Assembly (NCBI GenBank): GCA_051294375.1
Contig: JBJCIZ010001572.1
Location: forward strand, 1-18,378
Source: Paraspadella gotoi
Taxonomy: Eukaryota; Animalia; Chaetognatha
Reading direction: 5' to 3'
DNA length: 18,378 nucleotides
Numbering within the stretch: the first letter of the stretch is position 1; each line of letters begins with the position of its first letter. The position numbers were made by a program, and so were the translations under genes. This document shows positions 1 to 11,499 of this stretch, piece by piece. The notes under the pieces are model-generated. The model made no database searches, was not told the origin of the DNA, and saw only the letters and a list, made by a program, of their open reading frames with translations.

Positions 1-249
1 AACAACCAGAGAGACGATCGTCCTATGCACAGCAGTCCTCGTAGCCACCAGCGTCGAAAAAGTGCTGGATGCGTCCGCCGATCCGCATTCCGATATCAGC
101 CATTTCGTTCGGAGAAGATCAAAGGTCCAGCGGTCCCGCCTGTCGACAACAAACGGTTTGCCGTGCTCTCGTCCAAATCATCTCGTGAGACAAGTTGCGT
201 GCGAAGGTTGGTGCATTGATCTAGAAAAAAATAAAAACGAAAGAAGGAA

Positions 250-2450
250 TGAGACTAAGAATCAAGAAACAAGAGAAATGGAAATCAGAAGCCCGGAGGA
301 ACAAAATTCCTGAAAAAGGAGGAAAGAATAGCCGAGACGACAAAATTCGCATCGTTAGCCGCGAATACGTGAGACGAAGCACCCTCGTTTTTGTAGATCG
401 TTACTCTAACGCGATCCAACGGCATCGCAAAAGAAGCGGACGTATCGAAGGCACGTCAGACCGGCCGAGGAACGTCTGTCGTAATGACCCGTCGCCGTGA
501 GGAGCGGTCGTCAGGAGCGAACCGCCGCCTCGAGGAAAAGCGCCGCTCATGAGGAGCGACGTACGTGAGGACCCGCCGAGAGGAGTGCCGGCTTGGAAGC
601 ACGGCCGTCCTTGGAGGAACGACGCGTCGAGGAGCGCCGCCCGAGCAAAGTTCTTGTGGAACGAGAGGCTGAATCTGGCGATCCGGTTAACGAAAACGCA
701 GCGCCAAGACGTGTCAGCAAAGACACAATTGCTCTCCGCGGTAAGGAGTCGGCGACCGGAAAAGGGATAACGAGCAGAGAATTTCAAGGCCCGAAGTTCC
801 TTTTCTTACGTTTTCAGAGCATTGGGGAGAAACGATGACTTCGAGTTGCTTCGCCGCCATCCGCAGCATAGTCACGCGGAGTTCCGCCGCCATATAACGC
901 GCCCGTTGTCCGCGAGAAACCGCTACGGATCGTTCCGCCGCCCGTCAAGCGTTCGTGCCGGTTGAGTTAACGTCGAGTGAGCCGCCGGCTCGCCCACCGC
1001 GCCCGCGCCCGCCGCCAGCGTCCTGAAAAAACGCGGTTCTTAACACAGGAAAAAAAATGTTGCTTGAGTCAGCATGTTCGGCGCCGGTTATTAAGAAAAC
1101 GCCCGTCGTCATTTAATCGATTATGCACCGCCAGGCGTGATGTCTTGTTAAGTTCTTCTTGTAAACGAGAGGATCGCGCAAGTAGTGCCGCCATCGGCTC
1201 GTTGACCGCGCTCGGAAGAGGATGCGTCCACTGGAAGGAAAGGGAATTGAAGAAAAAAGGTCACGAAATTTGATAATTCGCAACAACAAGATGCATTAAA
1301 ACACAGCGTTTGTATTTTACAAAACGCACAACAAGCGCTAAGTTTTTATTGACAGACACACGTCCAAAACTTAAATTTAATGGAAGATCGGTAGAGTTGA
1401 TTTCGAGTCCGCAAATGAATTTCGTTTGATGTCGTTAAGTTCGTGTCGCCGGAGTAACGGATTGAGATTTTTAACTGTCCGAGTTGAAAGAATATTTCGA
1501 CGGAGACGCCGGGGGATAATTGTTTCTCAACATGATAGCTTCGAGTCGACCACATAAGGGAGCTCTCGAAAAAGGCTGAAAAAAAGTTTTAACGATATGA
1601 ATTTGGTCGTAAGAAATTTCACCAGCGAGACAAAATGTTGGAGATTTATTGAAGGGCCCGAAAATCTGCTGGATCGATGATTACGCCGGGAGGCTAGAAC
1701 TTTTATACTCGGAAAATGGAAAAAGTTTTGCACGTTCGTGGCGTCGAAACCAATCGGCGCCGCCACTTTTTCCACTGCAAGAAAACATACAGCTGAGGGT
1801 TATTTCAAAGAAATTGCCGTTTTTAGGCAGGTCGGTCCTCGAAGAGGAATGATTTGTCATGAAGATGTCAGTTTTGAAAGGGGAAATAGAGAAAAGGGAA
1901 ATGTCTCGAGATGGACTTTGGGAGAATTCTATCATCGAACTAGTGAAGGAATTTAACGAAGGTAGCGAGAGAAAAGGAATGCTTTTAAAACACAGTAACC
2001 AAGGCAATGTAAGCGGAGAAAGTAAATGAGAACAATCAATCGATGGCGGCACGCACATACGTATCATAGAAACAACGTATCCGTTCGCGTGCACGTCACG
2101 ACCACGAAGGCCGCCGTCGCCGCGAATTCAAACATTTCGCTAAATCCAAATTCCTGATCCAAATACGCATGCATCCGAGGGGCCGCGGAAATCCAAATGT
2201 GATTTTTGGTGAAAAACACATTCTACTGGAGTATGTTCCAAATTTCTTGAGTTGGATTGAGGACGAAGGGTCAACATGGAATGAGGGAGAAAGGTTTTAT
2301 GTATGTTATGTTTTCGGGTCGAGGACATCAAGCGAGATCATGCTGCGACTTGATGGCTGCCAAACGTGTGGTACTGTGCGTCATCACAGCATCTCTGCAT
2401 CGTGAAGGACCGTCAAATGAGGAAAATTCTTCCTGACTAGCGGCCGCGTA
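250..2450 (+). pseudogene. gag: BEL/Pao gag (frameshifted) with three C-terminal Cys/His zinc knuckles; 5' boundary uncertain
   Basis: Reading across indels gives C.FC.EKH...C (~2198-2238), CYVCF..GH.AR.C (~2300-2346) and C..CGTVRHHS.LH (~2357-2400). Three knuckles are typical of BEL/Pao Gag. Upstream sequence is coding-like, Glu/Arg-rich and fragmented. Confidence 0.65.
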
Positions 2451-2499
2451 TGTGAACGACGGGCGCGTGTCAGAACGCAATAGTACCTGTTGTTGTACG

Positions 2500-2975
2500 A
2501 ACGAAAATAAATCTGTTGTTTACAATAGCGCTATCGTTAGACAGCGGAGCAACGAGGTCGGCAATTTCAATAGATTAGCTCGAAATTTAAATTTAAATAC
2601 ATTATTGCTGAATTTACAAATTAACGCAACGTAACCAACAAAGTATCAAAAGCCTGGAGAGATTACAACGGACATAGAAATTTCGAATTTGGAGCGGGAA
2701 CTTACAGCTACGGAAATAAACAAAGGTTTTAGTCCGGCGACGTATTGACGACGAGACCGACCGACCAAGCAAAAAACGCATGAATTGAAGAACTAATGAT
2801 TACATGGAAGGAGTGAGATTCTGAAAGAGTTAGATGAAGGAACGCGGTTGAGATGATTCTCGACGCCAGGTTGGCACATGCATGGGTTGGTGGAGAGACG
2901 AGGATTGGGCCGGAAGGGTTTCCACGGTTGCACTGAAGAGCGAAGTTCGGGTGGACGGCTGATCGGAGCAAGTGA
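2500..2975 (+). pseudogene. pol: Aspartic protease domain of BEL/Pao pol (frameshifted)
   Basis: tta gac agc gga gca acg agg tcg gca att = LDSGATRSAI at 2537-2566. ETRIGPEGFPVAL..KFGWT..G at ~2895-2968 matches the BEL/Pao P.A..T.(L/F)GW...G motif. Confidence 0.8.
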
Positions 2976-3439
2976 GACGAAAGCGGAGATCACGTGAGTT
3001 GTTGTTCGACCGCTGGCCAGAGAACGGAGAAAACTGGAATAATTTGATTCGCGAATATGTTTCGTCATGATTTTTTTTGTTGAAAGGGTGCCGACTGTAT
3101 CCGTCCGAGGTTCAACGATCCGTCCCGTGCAAGATGGGTCCGCGATTGAAACAACTCTTGAGAGAGAAATTTATTTACAATGAGTCGAGGGCCATTATGT
3201 CGCGCCGTCGCCATGGAAACACACGGAGGGAAAAAACCGCGAGATGTTGCGCGAAGCAATGAAAGAAGAAGTTATCGAAGAGCGCCGAGAACAAGCGAGG
3301 AAGTTAGCGAATGAAGATGAGAAAAGATCCGTGTGCTTTTGAAGAGGGTGTTTCGCAGACGATGGAGGAAACCATAAAGGTTAGGTCACATGCGAGAAAA
3401 GCTAAAGTCGAGAATTCGTCCGCCGAATTTGTGGCCCGT

Positions 3440-4010
3440 GTTTTTCGGCCGTGCCGTTACTTGGTCGTTACCAGAGCGGACGAAACCTGGCAAATTTCGG
3501 ATTTGTCAGGATGCGTCGTCAAAGTAAGAGGGAAAGTGTTTAAATGATTTTTTGAATCGCTGGTCCCGATAACCTTACACCTTTAGTCGGCATGGTGTTG
3601 TTTAAAATTTCGCTCGAAAAAGGTAACAACTATTTTCCGGAGAATATTTAAAGGATTTTTTCACCAGTTGAGCTCGCATCCAAAGGACGTGGCAGCGTAT
3701 CAGGTACCAACTGGTACAAAGATAAGTCGATGAAAGGGAATCTGGAAAGTACAAACGAACCACTCGTTCACGGTTCGTGCGCCGGAAGTCCAGGTAAATA
3801 ACTACGTTGTGCTGCAATATCATGGAAAGAAGACTAAGTCAAAAAGAAAGAGTTTTCGCGCGGAGGTAATAGCCGCGTTTTTTTGGAAAGTTATCACGTC
3901 GATGATTTTTTGGAATTCGTTGGACGGGATTAAGGAAGCAAGGAAATGAGAAAGGACATGACTGAGGCGATGAGAAAGGGTGGATTCGAGCTGGAGAAAT
4001 GGCAAATGAA
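3440..4010 (+). pseudogene. pol: Reverse transcriptase domain of BEL/Pao pol (frameshifted)
   Basis: PYLVV..KPGKFRICQDA (~3455-3516), GPDNLTPLVG..KFR (~3562-3613), GDIKDFFHQ-like (~3639-3667), catalytic (Y)VDDFL (gtc gat gat 3898-3906), GGFELEKW (~3979-4002). Confidence 0.85.
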
Positions 4011-4169
4011 GCGTCGACGAAGGATCTTGTCGGACAATAGGCGGCACGATACCGAATGATGAAAGACAAAGTGAGTCGACATGGTCGCGGTACGAAGAAC
4101 TGGAAGATGAATTCAGGAAGATGGCCGAGAAACGGCACTGCGGAGGATCCGTCGATCGACGATATGATT

Positions 4170-5020
4170 CGAAGGTATTGGAGTTGGATATAATTCGAAA
4201 CGAGATGTATTCTTTGCGCGTGTAACGAAAAAGGAAGAAAACGAAGTGAAAACGAGGCGAGAGATGTTGAAGGTTGGGTCGCGTCCACGTTTTTTGATCC
4301 GCTCGGTTCGTTGCGAAGGTCGTGCTGAAGGGTATAGAATATACAAAAGTTGTTTAGTGCAGGACTTGTTGGGACGAGAAGTTGCCGGAGATCTTCACGA
4401 CGCGTTTCGAGAATGGAGAAAGAAGCTGTTCAGCAATAAAAAGAGATTCGAATCTCGAGATGGATCCGTTCGATCCTGGGTTTTGGAGTGCGTAACGACG
4501 AAGTTAATCGTTTTCTGTGATGGCGTGTCCTCGATGGTTACGGCGCCCGCAATTTATTTAAGAAAAGGAGGAACAAGAAATGGAGAGAGAGGACATACAC
4601 TTTGCTATTCGCTAAAGCCATGTGTGCCTATCAAGATGCAAGAAAAATCAATTCTAGTCGAATCAACTCGACCACCTGGATTTCGATGCCACGTTTGGAA
4701 TTGAAGCGCCGCAGCGACTGGCTGCCGCAGTTAAGAGACTTGAAAATGATCCGAGAATCGAGGTGAGGATTCGATTGAGATTTACATTGTTGACGGATTC
4801 GGTGACGGTAATCAGATGGATCGAGACTTGGACAAAAAGATTCAAAAACGTAGGGAATTTCGTTTTCAAACGATTAGACTTTTATCCAGGCGCAAGCGAT
4901 GGTTTCTACGTACCAGCAACGAGAACCCAGCGGATCTTACAAAGCAGAGGACTTGATTGCCCAGACTGACACGGATAGCAATGGTGCGACATTCACAAGG
5001 GCGCCAACTGGTTGAAAACC
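4170..5020 (+). pseudogene. pol: Pao 'peptidase A17' / RNase H region of pol (frameshifted)
   Basis: KVLG (~4172), TRREMLK (~4252), FDPLG (~4293-4307), LIVFCD..GYGA.IYLR (4504-4563), MPRLEL (4686-4703), TDSVTVIRWI (4793-4822), YVP..ENPADL..RG (~4907-4952), GANWL (~4999-5013). Confidence 0.88.
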
Positions 5021-5549
5021 AAAGGAGGGAAAAATTGCCAAATCACTCAAACGATTGCTGGAGAGCATAAAAAAGAAAAGAGAAATCAAGGTAAATCATT
5101 GCCGCAATAAACGAAGATAGCAAATTTTAAGTGCATATGAAACTCATTTTCGAAACGCGACAAGAGAGTATCCAGAGAAAGGGAAACGAAAAAGAGAACG
5201 GCAGATTGGGTGATGAGAGTGCAGAAAAGTGAGCGGAATGGGTAAAAAGGTGAGACGGGTGGCTGTATTCACAAAGGCAAAATAGTGAATGATAATCGAG
5301 TTCGAAGAAAGAAGAAAAAAGGAGAGAGAGACGAGAAGAAGAAAAATAAGATTAACGAGAGACAAGAGTTTTGAAAGGGCTGAAAAACAAATCGTGAAAT
5401 CGATCCATAAGCCAAGAATATCGAAAAAAGAGATTTTCGAGTTGATAAAAATGGGAGTGACGACCCCCGGATGCGGCATAGAGAGCTGAAGAAATAGAAA
5501 CTCGAAAATAATCTTCACTGAGGTCCGTTTATTGATGAAGAAGGGGTAT

Positions 5550-6400
5550 GATTGAGAACGGGCGGGAGATTAGGAATAGTAAGAGACTTGGACGTATGAC
5601 GCAAATACCCAATCATTTTACCAAATAAGATGACGAATCGTCGATTGCATATAAGATAGCCGACATGAGAAACTTTATCACGCGGTGCATGTGGCGACTT
5701 TCCACTACGCTACGTCAAAAGTTCACCTTGCTAGGAGGTAGATCCCGCCGTCCGAAAAAGTTTCATTTCGCCGATGGCGTCACTTGTTGTCAGCGAAATT
5801 TCAAAACGCCGAACGCGGCAAAAAAAAGAATAAAAAATAAAAAAAAAGAGGAGAGAATTGCCAGAATTCAGGGATAAATCAGCGATCCGTTCGAAGACGA
5901 CCGGACTAGATTGCTTCGGCCCAATCCAGTGTGAGACACGCAGGGTGTAGTGCCTGAACAAGAAAGAATGTAAGTTTTATTTACATGCATGACGACAAGT
6001 AAGCCTTACTTTTTGAAATTCTGAAAGACATGTCCGCACAATCAATGTTAAATGGCATATATACGTTTTAAGAATTGTATACCCAGGATTACGTACGCTC
6101 GTGTCGGACAATCGGAACAATCTGGGGGCCGGCCAACAACGAGATCGAAAAACAATTGAAAAGAAATTCAGAGGACGATAAGGTGAACGAAAGAATAGCA
6201 GAAAGAGGGATATCTCATGGATTTTTCTTGTCCACCTAACGCACCGCATTGGGGCGGAGTGTGGGAGAAGGCTCGTCAAAGAAACAAGAAGCACTTGACG
6301 GCGCGCGTTGCCTCCGGAACCGGACATTCGAGACGAGCGTTCGCAACGATATTGAGTGTAAGTCGCAGGTATTCTGAATAGACGCCCGAGTCACACTGAG
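5550..6400 (+). pseudogene. pol: Integrase (H2C2 zinc domain + DDE core) of BEL/Pao pol (frameshifted)
   Basis: GGRL (~5560), YDA.YPIILP (~5595-5623), HEKLYHAG (~5664), LRQKF..CVTCQR (~5710-5796), TGLDCFGPI (5900-5926), LFTCMTT (5977-5997), VSDN (6101-6112), PNAPHWGGVWE.LVK (~6235-6280), GILNRRP (6368-6388). Confidence 0.9.
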
Positions 6401-6499
6401 TCATCTGTCCGCTTAGCGATATTGCATTGGTCGCGCCATGATACTATTGTATCGCTATAACTTTTAGTACGTCAACGTCTCTAACTAATTTTTTAGCCG

Positions 6500-6850
6500 T
6501 ACGCAACGTCAGAAAGGAGTATTGTATGAGAGCGACATGGAGACAAGTAGAGAAACGGCAAGACAATTTTGGCAAAAATGGTAACGAGTACCTGGTCGTC
6601 CAATTGCAGGAACCGTACAAAGTGGAGGACATCGTGCGGAGAATCTACAAAAGGGCAAATGGTCTTGCTCGTTTGGAACCGAACGCGCCGCGCGACAAAT
6701 GGAAGAACGGGCATACGAGTCATCGAAGTAAAGGGACAGGGCCGGCGGAAGGAGAAGCCGTCGTGCGACTTCGGATGGAAAAACTCTTCGCGTCAATCAC
6801 ACACGCGTTGGTGGCACTCGAACATACGAAAATGGACTTCGTAATCAAAA
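6500..6850 (+). pseudogene. pol: C-terminal DUF5641-like domain of BEL/Pao pol
   Basis: WRQVE..DNFWQKW.NEYL..LQ (read across frames) followed by EPNAPRDKWK.G; partly captured by ORF 6526..6948. Confidence 0.75.
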
Positions 6851-7013
6851 GTCAGCGTTCGGAGAATCTGAGAAAAATAAAGTATACGAGCGCCTTCAAT
6901 GAAAAATTGCGAAATAAAAATGTAAATAAGAACTCGATTGTGAAATAAATTTAGATTGCGATAAATAAAGAAAAATTGAATATTCGCGATAAAGTGAAAT
7001 AGTAACGATTCCC

Positions 7014-7418
7014 ATGAAAAACTTTGAAAAATATCCTTGGATATTTGGATGGAAGACCTGAAAGAGGAAAGTTGAAATATAAGAACTTGGAATACGAACC
7101 GGAAAAAGAAATGAAAGCTTGACTTTAAATGGCGACGAACCGGAGACGAGAAGAGATTAAAAAAAATCGAGTCAAGGAATACAGAGACGATTTAGCTTTG
7201 CAGGCCAAGCGTGATAGCAAAAAAGAGGACTTAAATCAAGATTTAGAAGAATGCTTTAGAGTTCCAGAAGAGGAAATGAAACTAAAAGATGGTGAACAAG
7301 ACGATAAACGATGAATGAAAATATGACGTCTCGTCGAGGGAGAACTAAGCTCAGTACGATGAAGTATGAAAGGAGCGAAGAAAAAAGAAAAAAATAGAAG
7401 CTGAAATAAATACATTAG
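7014..7418 (+). pseudogene. Accessory ORF A, copy 1 (frameshifted; Lys/Glu-rich, acidic C-terminus)
   Basis: ATG at 7014 (MKNFEK.LDIWMEDLKEE); aligns by eye to the cleaner copy at 12718-13095; shared CAT-TAG end. Confidence 0.6.
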
Positions 7419-7485
7419 GGCCGTGATAAAAAGATTGAAACTAACCATCGTTAATCGTTTTGTTGAATATTAAATCTCAGAAAAA

Positions 7486-7905
7486 AGGAAGACTGTGAAG
7501 CCATCCGCCGAAAATGTGGGAAACCGAAGATCTGAAAGTTTGGAAAGTGGGAAGCAAATCGAAAAGGAAGAACCGGAAGAAAAACAGAGAAATGCCTAGT
7601 ATTGGTATCTGGTGTTGTTGGAGAAGGAGACAAAAAAAGTGAAGAAGTAAAAGGTAAAGCTGAAATGTGAGTGCAAAGAACGTCCCAGAAAAAGTTTCAT
7701 CGGAGACTTATATACAAGAGTTGAGTACATTGAAAGACTCATAGAACATGTTTGAATAAAGGCAAATCATCGATTTCCCGACAAGAAAGAAATATTATGA
7801 AAAAATATGGAAAAAACGAAACAGAGAAGAGTTTATCGAAGTCCATGAGAATGAAGAAATTAAAAATTCCAAGAAGCCAGAAAGAAAACAGGAGTCCAAA
7901 TATGG
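7486..7905 (+). pseudogene. Accessory ORF B, copy 1 (frameshifted; coiled-coil-like)
   Basis: Nucleotide homology to ORF 13158..13545; start codon corrupted; many small indels. Confidence 0.55.
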
Positions 7906-8034
7906 AATCTATTTTTGTTGCATTAAACAATTATCTATATAGGTTAGATAATTGCCCAAACATAAAAACAATTAATTGATCTTTCTTTATGTTTACAAAG
8001 TGTTTGTTAATACAATTTAGCATATACGATCAAT

Positions 8035-8573
8035 ATGACGACGAGCAAAATGAAAAGGAAACTCGAATCCTCTACTCGATTTAGCCAAGATGACGAATCC
8101 GTTTGAAAGCTTAAGACGCTTCGAGAGGCAGATGCGAGAATCGACGCGCATGATAGTTGGATATTCCTGGACAATTCTCGAACGACACGCTTGATGAAGC
8201 TGGAAGGGGGGGGGGTGGGGGGGGATGAACGACGAAATGGTTAGACGGGATATACTTCGATTTCATGATAAATTGTTCCTTGTATAACAATAAAGCAAAA
8301 ATTAAGTGGTGCTCTTTACAAAAATAGACAAAAAAAATGAGATCGATTACTGAAAAGATGGAGCAGAAATCAGTTGAAGATGACGAAAAATCTTTTCGAG
8401 GAGACTAAAGACCGGAATAAAGACATCGAAATGCGTTAAGTTCAAAGAAAACTATGAAAAAAGAAAATTCAAAGTTCTAAAAACGAAACGGTAAAAAACA
8501 AAGGAAGAGGAGGCATTTCAAAGAAAATGCCGGATTGACGAGAAACATTGTAATGAAACAAAAGTTTCTGTGA
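8035..8573 (+). pseudogene. Accessory ORF C, copy 1 (frameshifted)
   Basis: Homologous to 13665-14121; contains a G-run (~8206-8224) and a ~35-nt insert, both absent from copy 2. Confidence 0.55.
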
Positions 8574-8654
8574 AAAAGACAATCAAAAATATTTGATCGT
8601 GTTACTGTTATTATTTATTTAAAAGTAAATTGGCTTTCAGCCTACAGCACAATA

Positions 8655-9083
8655 ATGGAAATAGTGCGAAATGGACAGATGATCGAGGATTACATAAAGG
8701 AGAAGAATATTTCAGAGCATGGCCAGGATCAGTGGACATGAAAGTGAGGAAGGGCGAAGTCGGGAGAATGAGGTTGACAGTAAAAAGTTTTCGCGGATCA
8801 GAAGCGAGATTGGTATACGAGATGTTCCGTGGAACAAATCAACGACTTCTGGAAGGAAACGGAACTGGGAGAGATATGGCGATGAAAGACGAAGAAGGAG
8901 AACGATGGAGAAGAAGAGAGTGAGGAGAGAAATGACGATAACAGAGAGAACGACTACGAAGAAGAAGACGAATCCGCAAACGAGGAAGAAGACGATCTCG
9001 AAAACGAAGACGAAACGCACCCACCTGGTTACTATATAACATTCGACGAGACAGAGGAATTCGACTATTTGATTTCCGAATAA
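8655..9083 (+). pseudogene. Accessory ORF D, copy 1 (frameshifted 5' half; acidic protein)
   Basis: TTTCAG at 8635-8640, ATG at 8655; homologous to 14198..14614; near-identical C-terminus THPPGYYITFDETEEFDYLISE*. Confidence 0.65.
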
Positions 9084-9148
9084 ACCAAATAAGTGATTAT
9101 TGAAATTGTTAATTTGTTGCTTAAAATTCAAAGCTTTACAGAGAAATT

Positions 9149-9493
9149 ATGGGCGTACAGCAGGAACCAGAAAAGACGAGGTCAGACGACGAAGACGAAG
9201 ATGAAACAAGAGACATCGAACCACCCAGAGTTGAGAGGACGTACGAGATCGAAAGACCGACCATCTACATAGAAAGAACAGACTCAGAAACAGACGAGAC
9301 CGGCGAAAGATTCAGTTTTTACGTGGACGAAGGGGAAAGTAATCCAGAGATAATAGAAAGAATAGAAAGACTGCACCAATACAATTGGGCGAACATCTTC
9401 AGACAGTTGGAAGAAGAAGCGAGAGAAAGGAGAGAATTGAAGGAGGAAAAGGAAACTCTCGAGAGCATTAGGAATTTATTTCAGTACGAATAA
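9149..9493 (+). CDS. Accessory ORF E, copy 1: 114-aa acidic protein with C-terminal coiled-coil-like helix; function unknown
   Basis: Intact ORF; TTTACAG at 9135-9141; same length and about 90% aa identity (manual count) to 14680..15024 with no indels. Confidence 0.8.
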   Translation: MGVQQEPEKTRSDDEDEDETRDIEPPRVERTYEIERPTIYIERTDSETDETGERFSFYVDEGESNPEIIERIERLHQYNWANIFRQLEEEARERRELKEEKETLESIRNLFQYE

Positions 9494-9642
9494 ACTCATT
9501 GTGTTTAAAAAACTTTCACTGTGGCATGAAAAAACAAATCGAATTGAAAAAAAAAATAAAAAATAAAATGCAAATTTAATCCAAATTGTGTTCAATTATA
9601 TGCATTTAAATTATCAGGTAATATAATAATCTTTCCATCAAA

Positions 9643-10909
9643 ATGGCCGAATCCAGTGACCTTATAAACTATTCGACGACAATGATATTGGAATTTTAAA
9701 AAGAACTGATGTGGTGGATTCCCGACGAAGCAGGACACCGTCTACGGAGCGATGCCAGCGGCTAGAGACTTGTCCGAACTCGACGCCGAAGAAATGGAGG
9801 CGACGATCAGTTCCACGCCTGCAGTGGAATCAACCCCACAACCGGATCCGGAAGCGTCCGTCGTCGACAAAGATGTCATTGATCGATTCATCAAGCGTGG
9901 AGATTTGCCTCCACATAGGCGAGCGATGACTGATCTTTCTGTCCCGATAGTCATCGGATCGGGCGACGAAAGATTATTCATGACAGGATACCAGATTCCG
10001 CCAGGGAAGAAAAACACCATCTATCGGATTAAAAGGGCGTGGCGAAAGGTGGCACGGAACCGCGGATGGAATGACGGAGAGTTCGACGCATTGATCACTG
10101 CGTTGCGCATGGGCGTTGATCCGAAGGAGTTGGAGAGAATGGCGAGAGTCATTAAGACGAAACCCAATTGTGACGTAAACGTGGAAAACTCGTCGTTGCT
10201 GTCGGACGCGAGGAATTTAGTTCTAAAAGAGACAGTATCCAACGAAGCGGCGACAGAGGCGGCGAAAGTCATCAAAGATTCAGCTACAGCAACATCCGCA
10301 AGCGAGTGCAGCATCATCGACGCAGCCACGCAGCATGAAGCAGATTGGCCGACGACGAAAGAAGAAAAGAAAGAAAGAAAGTTGATGAAGACACAGGTAG
10401 AAAATGGGGAGCTGAAAAGAAAAATAGAAAAGTTGGAGGAAGAGTTAAAGAAGGAAAGAAAAGGAAGAATAGCTGCAGAATTAAAGTTGGATTTCCAGAG
10501 AAAAGAAGCAGAGCAACGCCGCGCCACGACGGAACGACATTGGGCTCAAGCATTTAGTAAGCTGCAAGATAAAGTTGAAAGATTATCTTGTCCGTATCCA
10601 AGGTCGCCGGAAAACAAGCACTTGTCATCCAAAGGTAACGGACTTTCCGAATTCCGTCCACCACCAGGAAAAGAGAATATGGTCAAGTCGCCGCCAAGAC
10701 CAAAGGCGCCGCGCCCGCACTTTAAGAAAACAGCAGCACTATTTCCTAGAACTGGCAAGCCTGATAAACTACGCCCCACCGCCGCCACCAGCCTCCATAA
10801 ACATACCGCCGCCACTCCCGCCAACCTCCGCCGCCACAAGAGGCCGCCACTTCGAGAATATTATCCGCCTATCGGCGAAGGAGTCGACGCGCAAGAACGT
10901 CGCGTTTGA
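9643..10909 (+). CDS. Accessory ORF F, copy 1: ~420-aa protein (acidic N-terminus, conserved globular segment, coiled coil, Pro/basic tail); function unknown
   Basis: Open frame 9752..10909 (385 aa). The upstream ATG-GCC-GAA-TCC (MAESSD) at 9643 is conserved in copy 2 (15156) and joins via small indels. Heptad-like ELKRKIEKLEEELKKE..ELKL region. Confidence 0.78.
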
Positions 10910-11499
10910 AAAGGATTCGAACTCAGAAACTCGCCAGTGTTTTTGTTTGTTTGTTTTAACGGTCTCGTGCGCGAAAGTAAGTTCCGATCAGAATCTATTA
11001 GCCGAAAGAAATTGAAATTATAAACTAAATTAGCGAACGGCCACGTCAAATTGTGACGCAGCGGTCGCATAAAATTAACCATTACAAAAAATTTAATCTT
11101 AAAACAACTAACCAAAAAATAAACTTACCTTTAAACAACATTCTTATCGCACTGTAATCTAGGAAAATTTAGACGCTAAACAAAAAGATATTAAAGAACA
11201 CAAGTAACGGAAGGTAAACAACTAACGTCGAGAAGAAAAGTAAAGTCAAAGAAGATAGTTAGCATTAATAAACCTGTAACGAGCAAACCAATTCAGAAAA
11301 ATAGCCGAAAGCTTAACTTAGTTAGATCGAATTCACGCTATAATTTCTTTAAATGTGTTCGAAAAGAAAATAATTTTATTTGAAAGAAAATTTCTCTTTA
11401 ATTTCGTGTTACGCTTCTTCCGAGCAGTTTAGCCAGAAAAAAGGAACAATTTCAATAAACAAATTTTCTTGAGTGCAAGACAAGCGGGGACGAGAAATA

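Noticed and set aside
209-218. TGGTGCATTG, resembling a tRNA-Gly primer-binding site
   Set aside because: Only a 10-nt match, not preceded by an LTR-terminal CA, and the upstream 200 nt show no match to the putative 3' LTR start; possible but unsupported.
1-6850. Dozens of 60-150 aa ORFs in the ORF track
   Set aside because: Fragments or shadows of one frameshifted gag-pol; programmed frameshift sites cannot be judged at this error rate.
8206-8224. Long G run (possible G-quadruplex or PPT)
   Set aside because: Absent from the homologous position in copy 2 (~13810) and lies in an error-rich stretch; most likely a sequencing artefact.
8712-9131. Hydrophobic minus-strand ORFs (also 14300..14566 and 5144..5518) that look like membrane proteins
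   Set aside because: Reverse-complement shadows of GAA/GAC-rich sense sequence; no independent evidence and not an env.
10021-10527. Antisense ORF (168 aa), also seen at 15524..16000
   Set aside because: Phe/Ser/Leu-rich shadow of the Glu/Lys-rich ORF F; its conservation is explained by the sense gene.
10575-11015. Overlapping plus-strand frame with polyproline (APPPPPASINIPPPLPP)
   Set aside because: Alternative frame of the CCG/CCA-rich ORF F tail; cannot be distinguished from indel error, so not called a separate gene.
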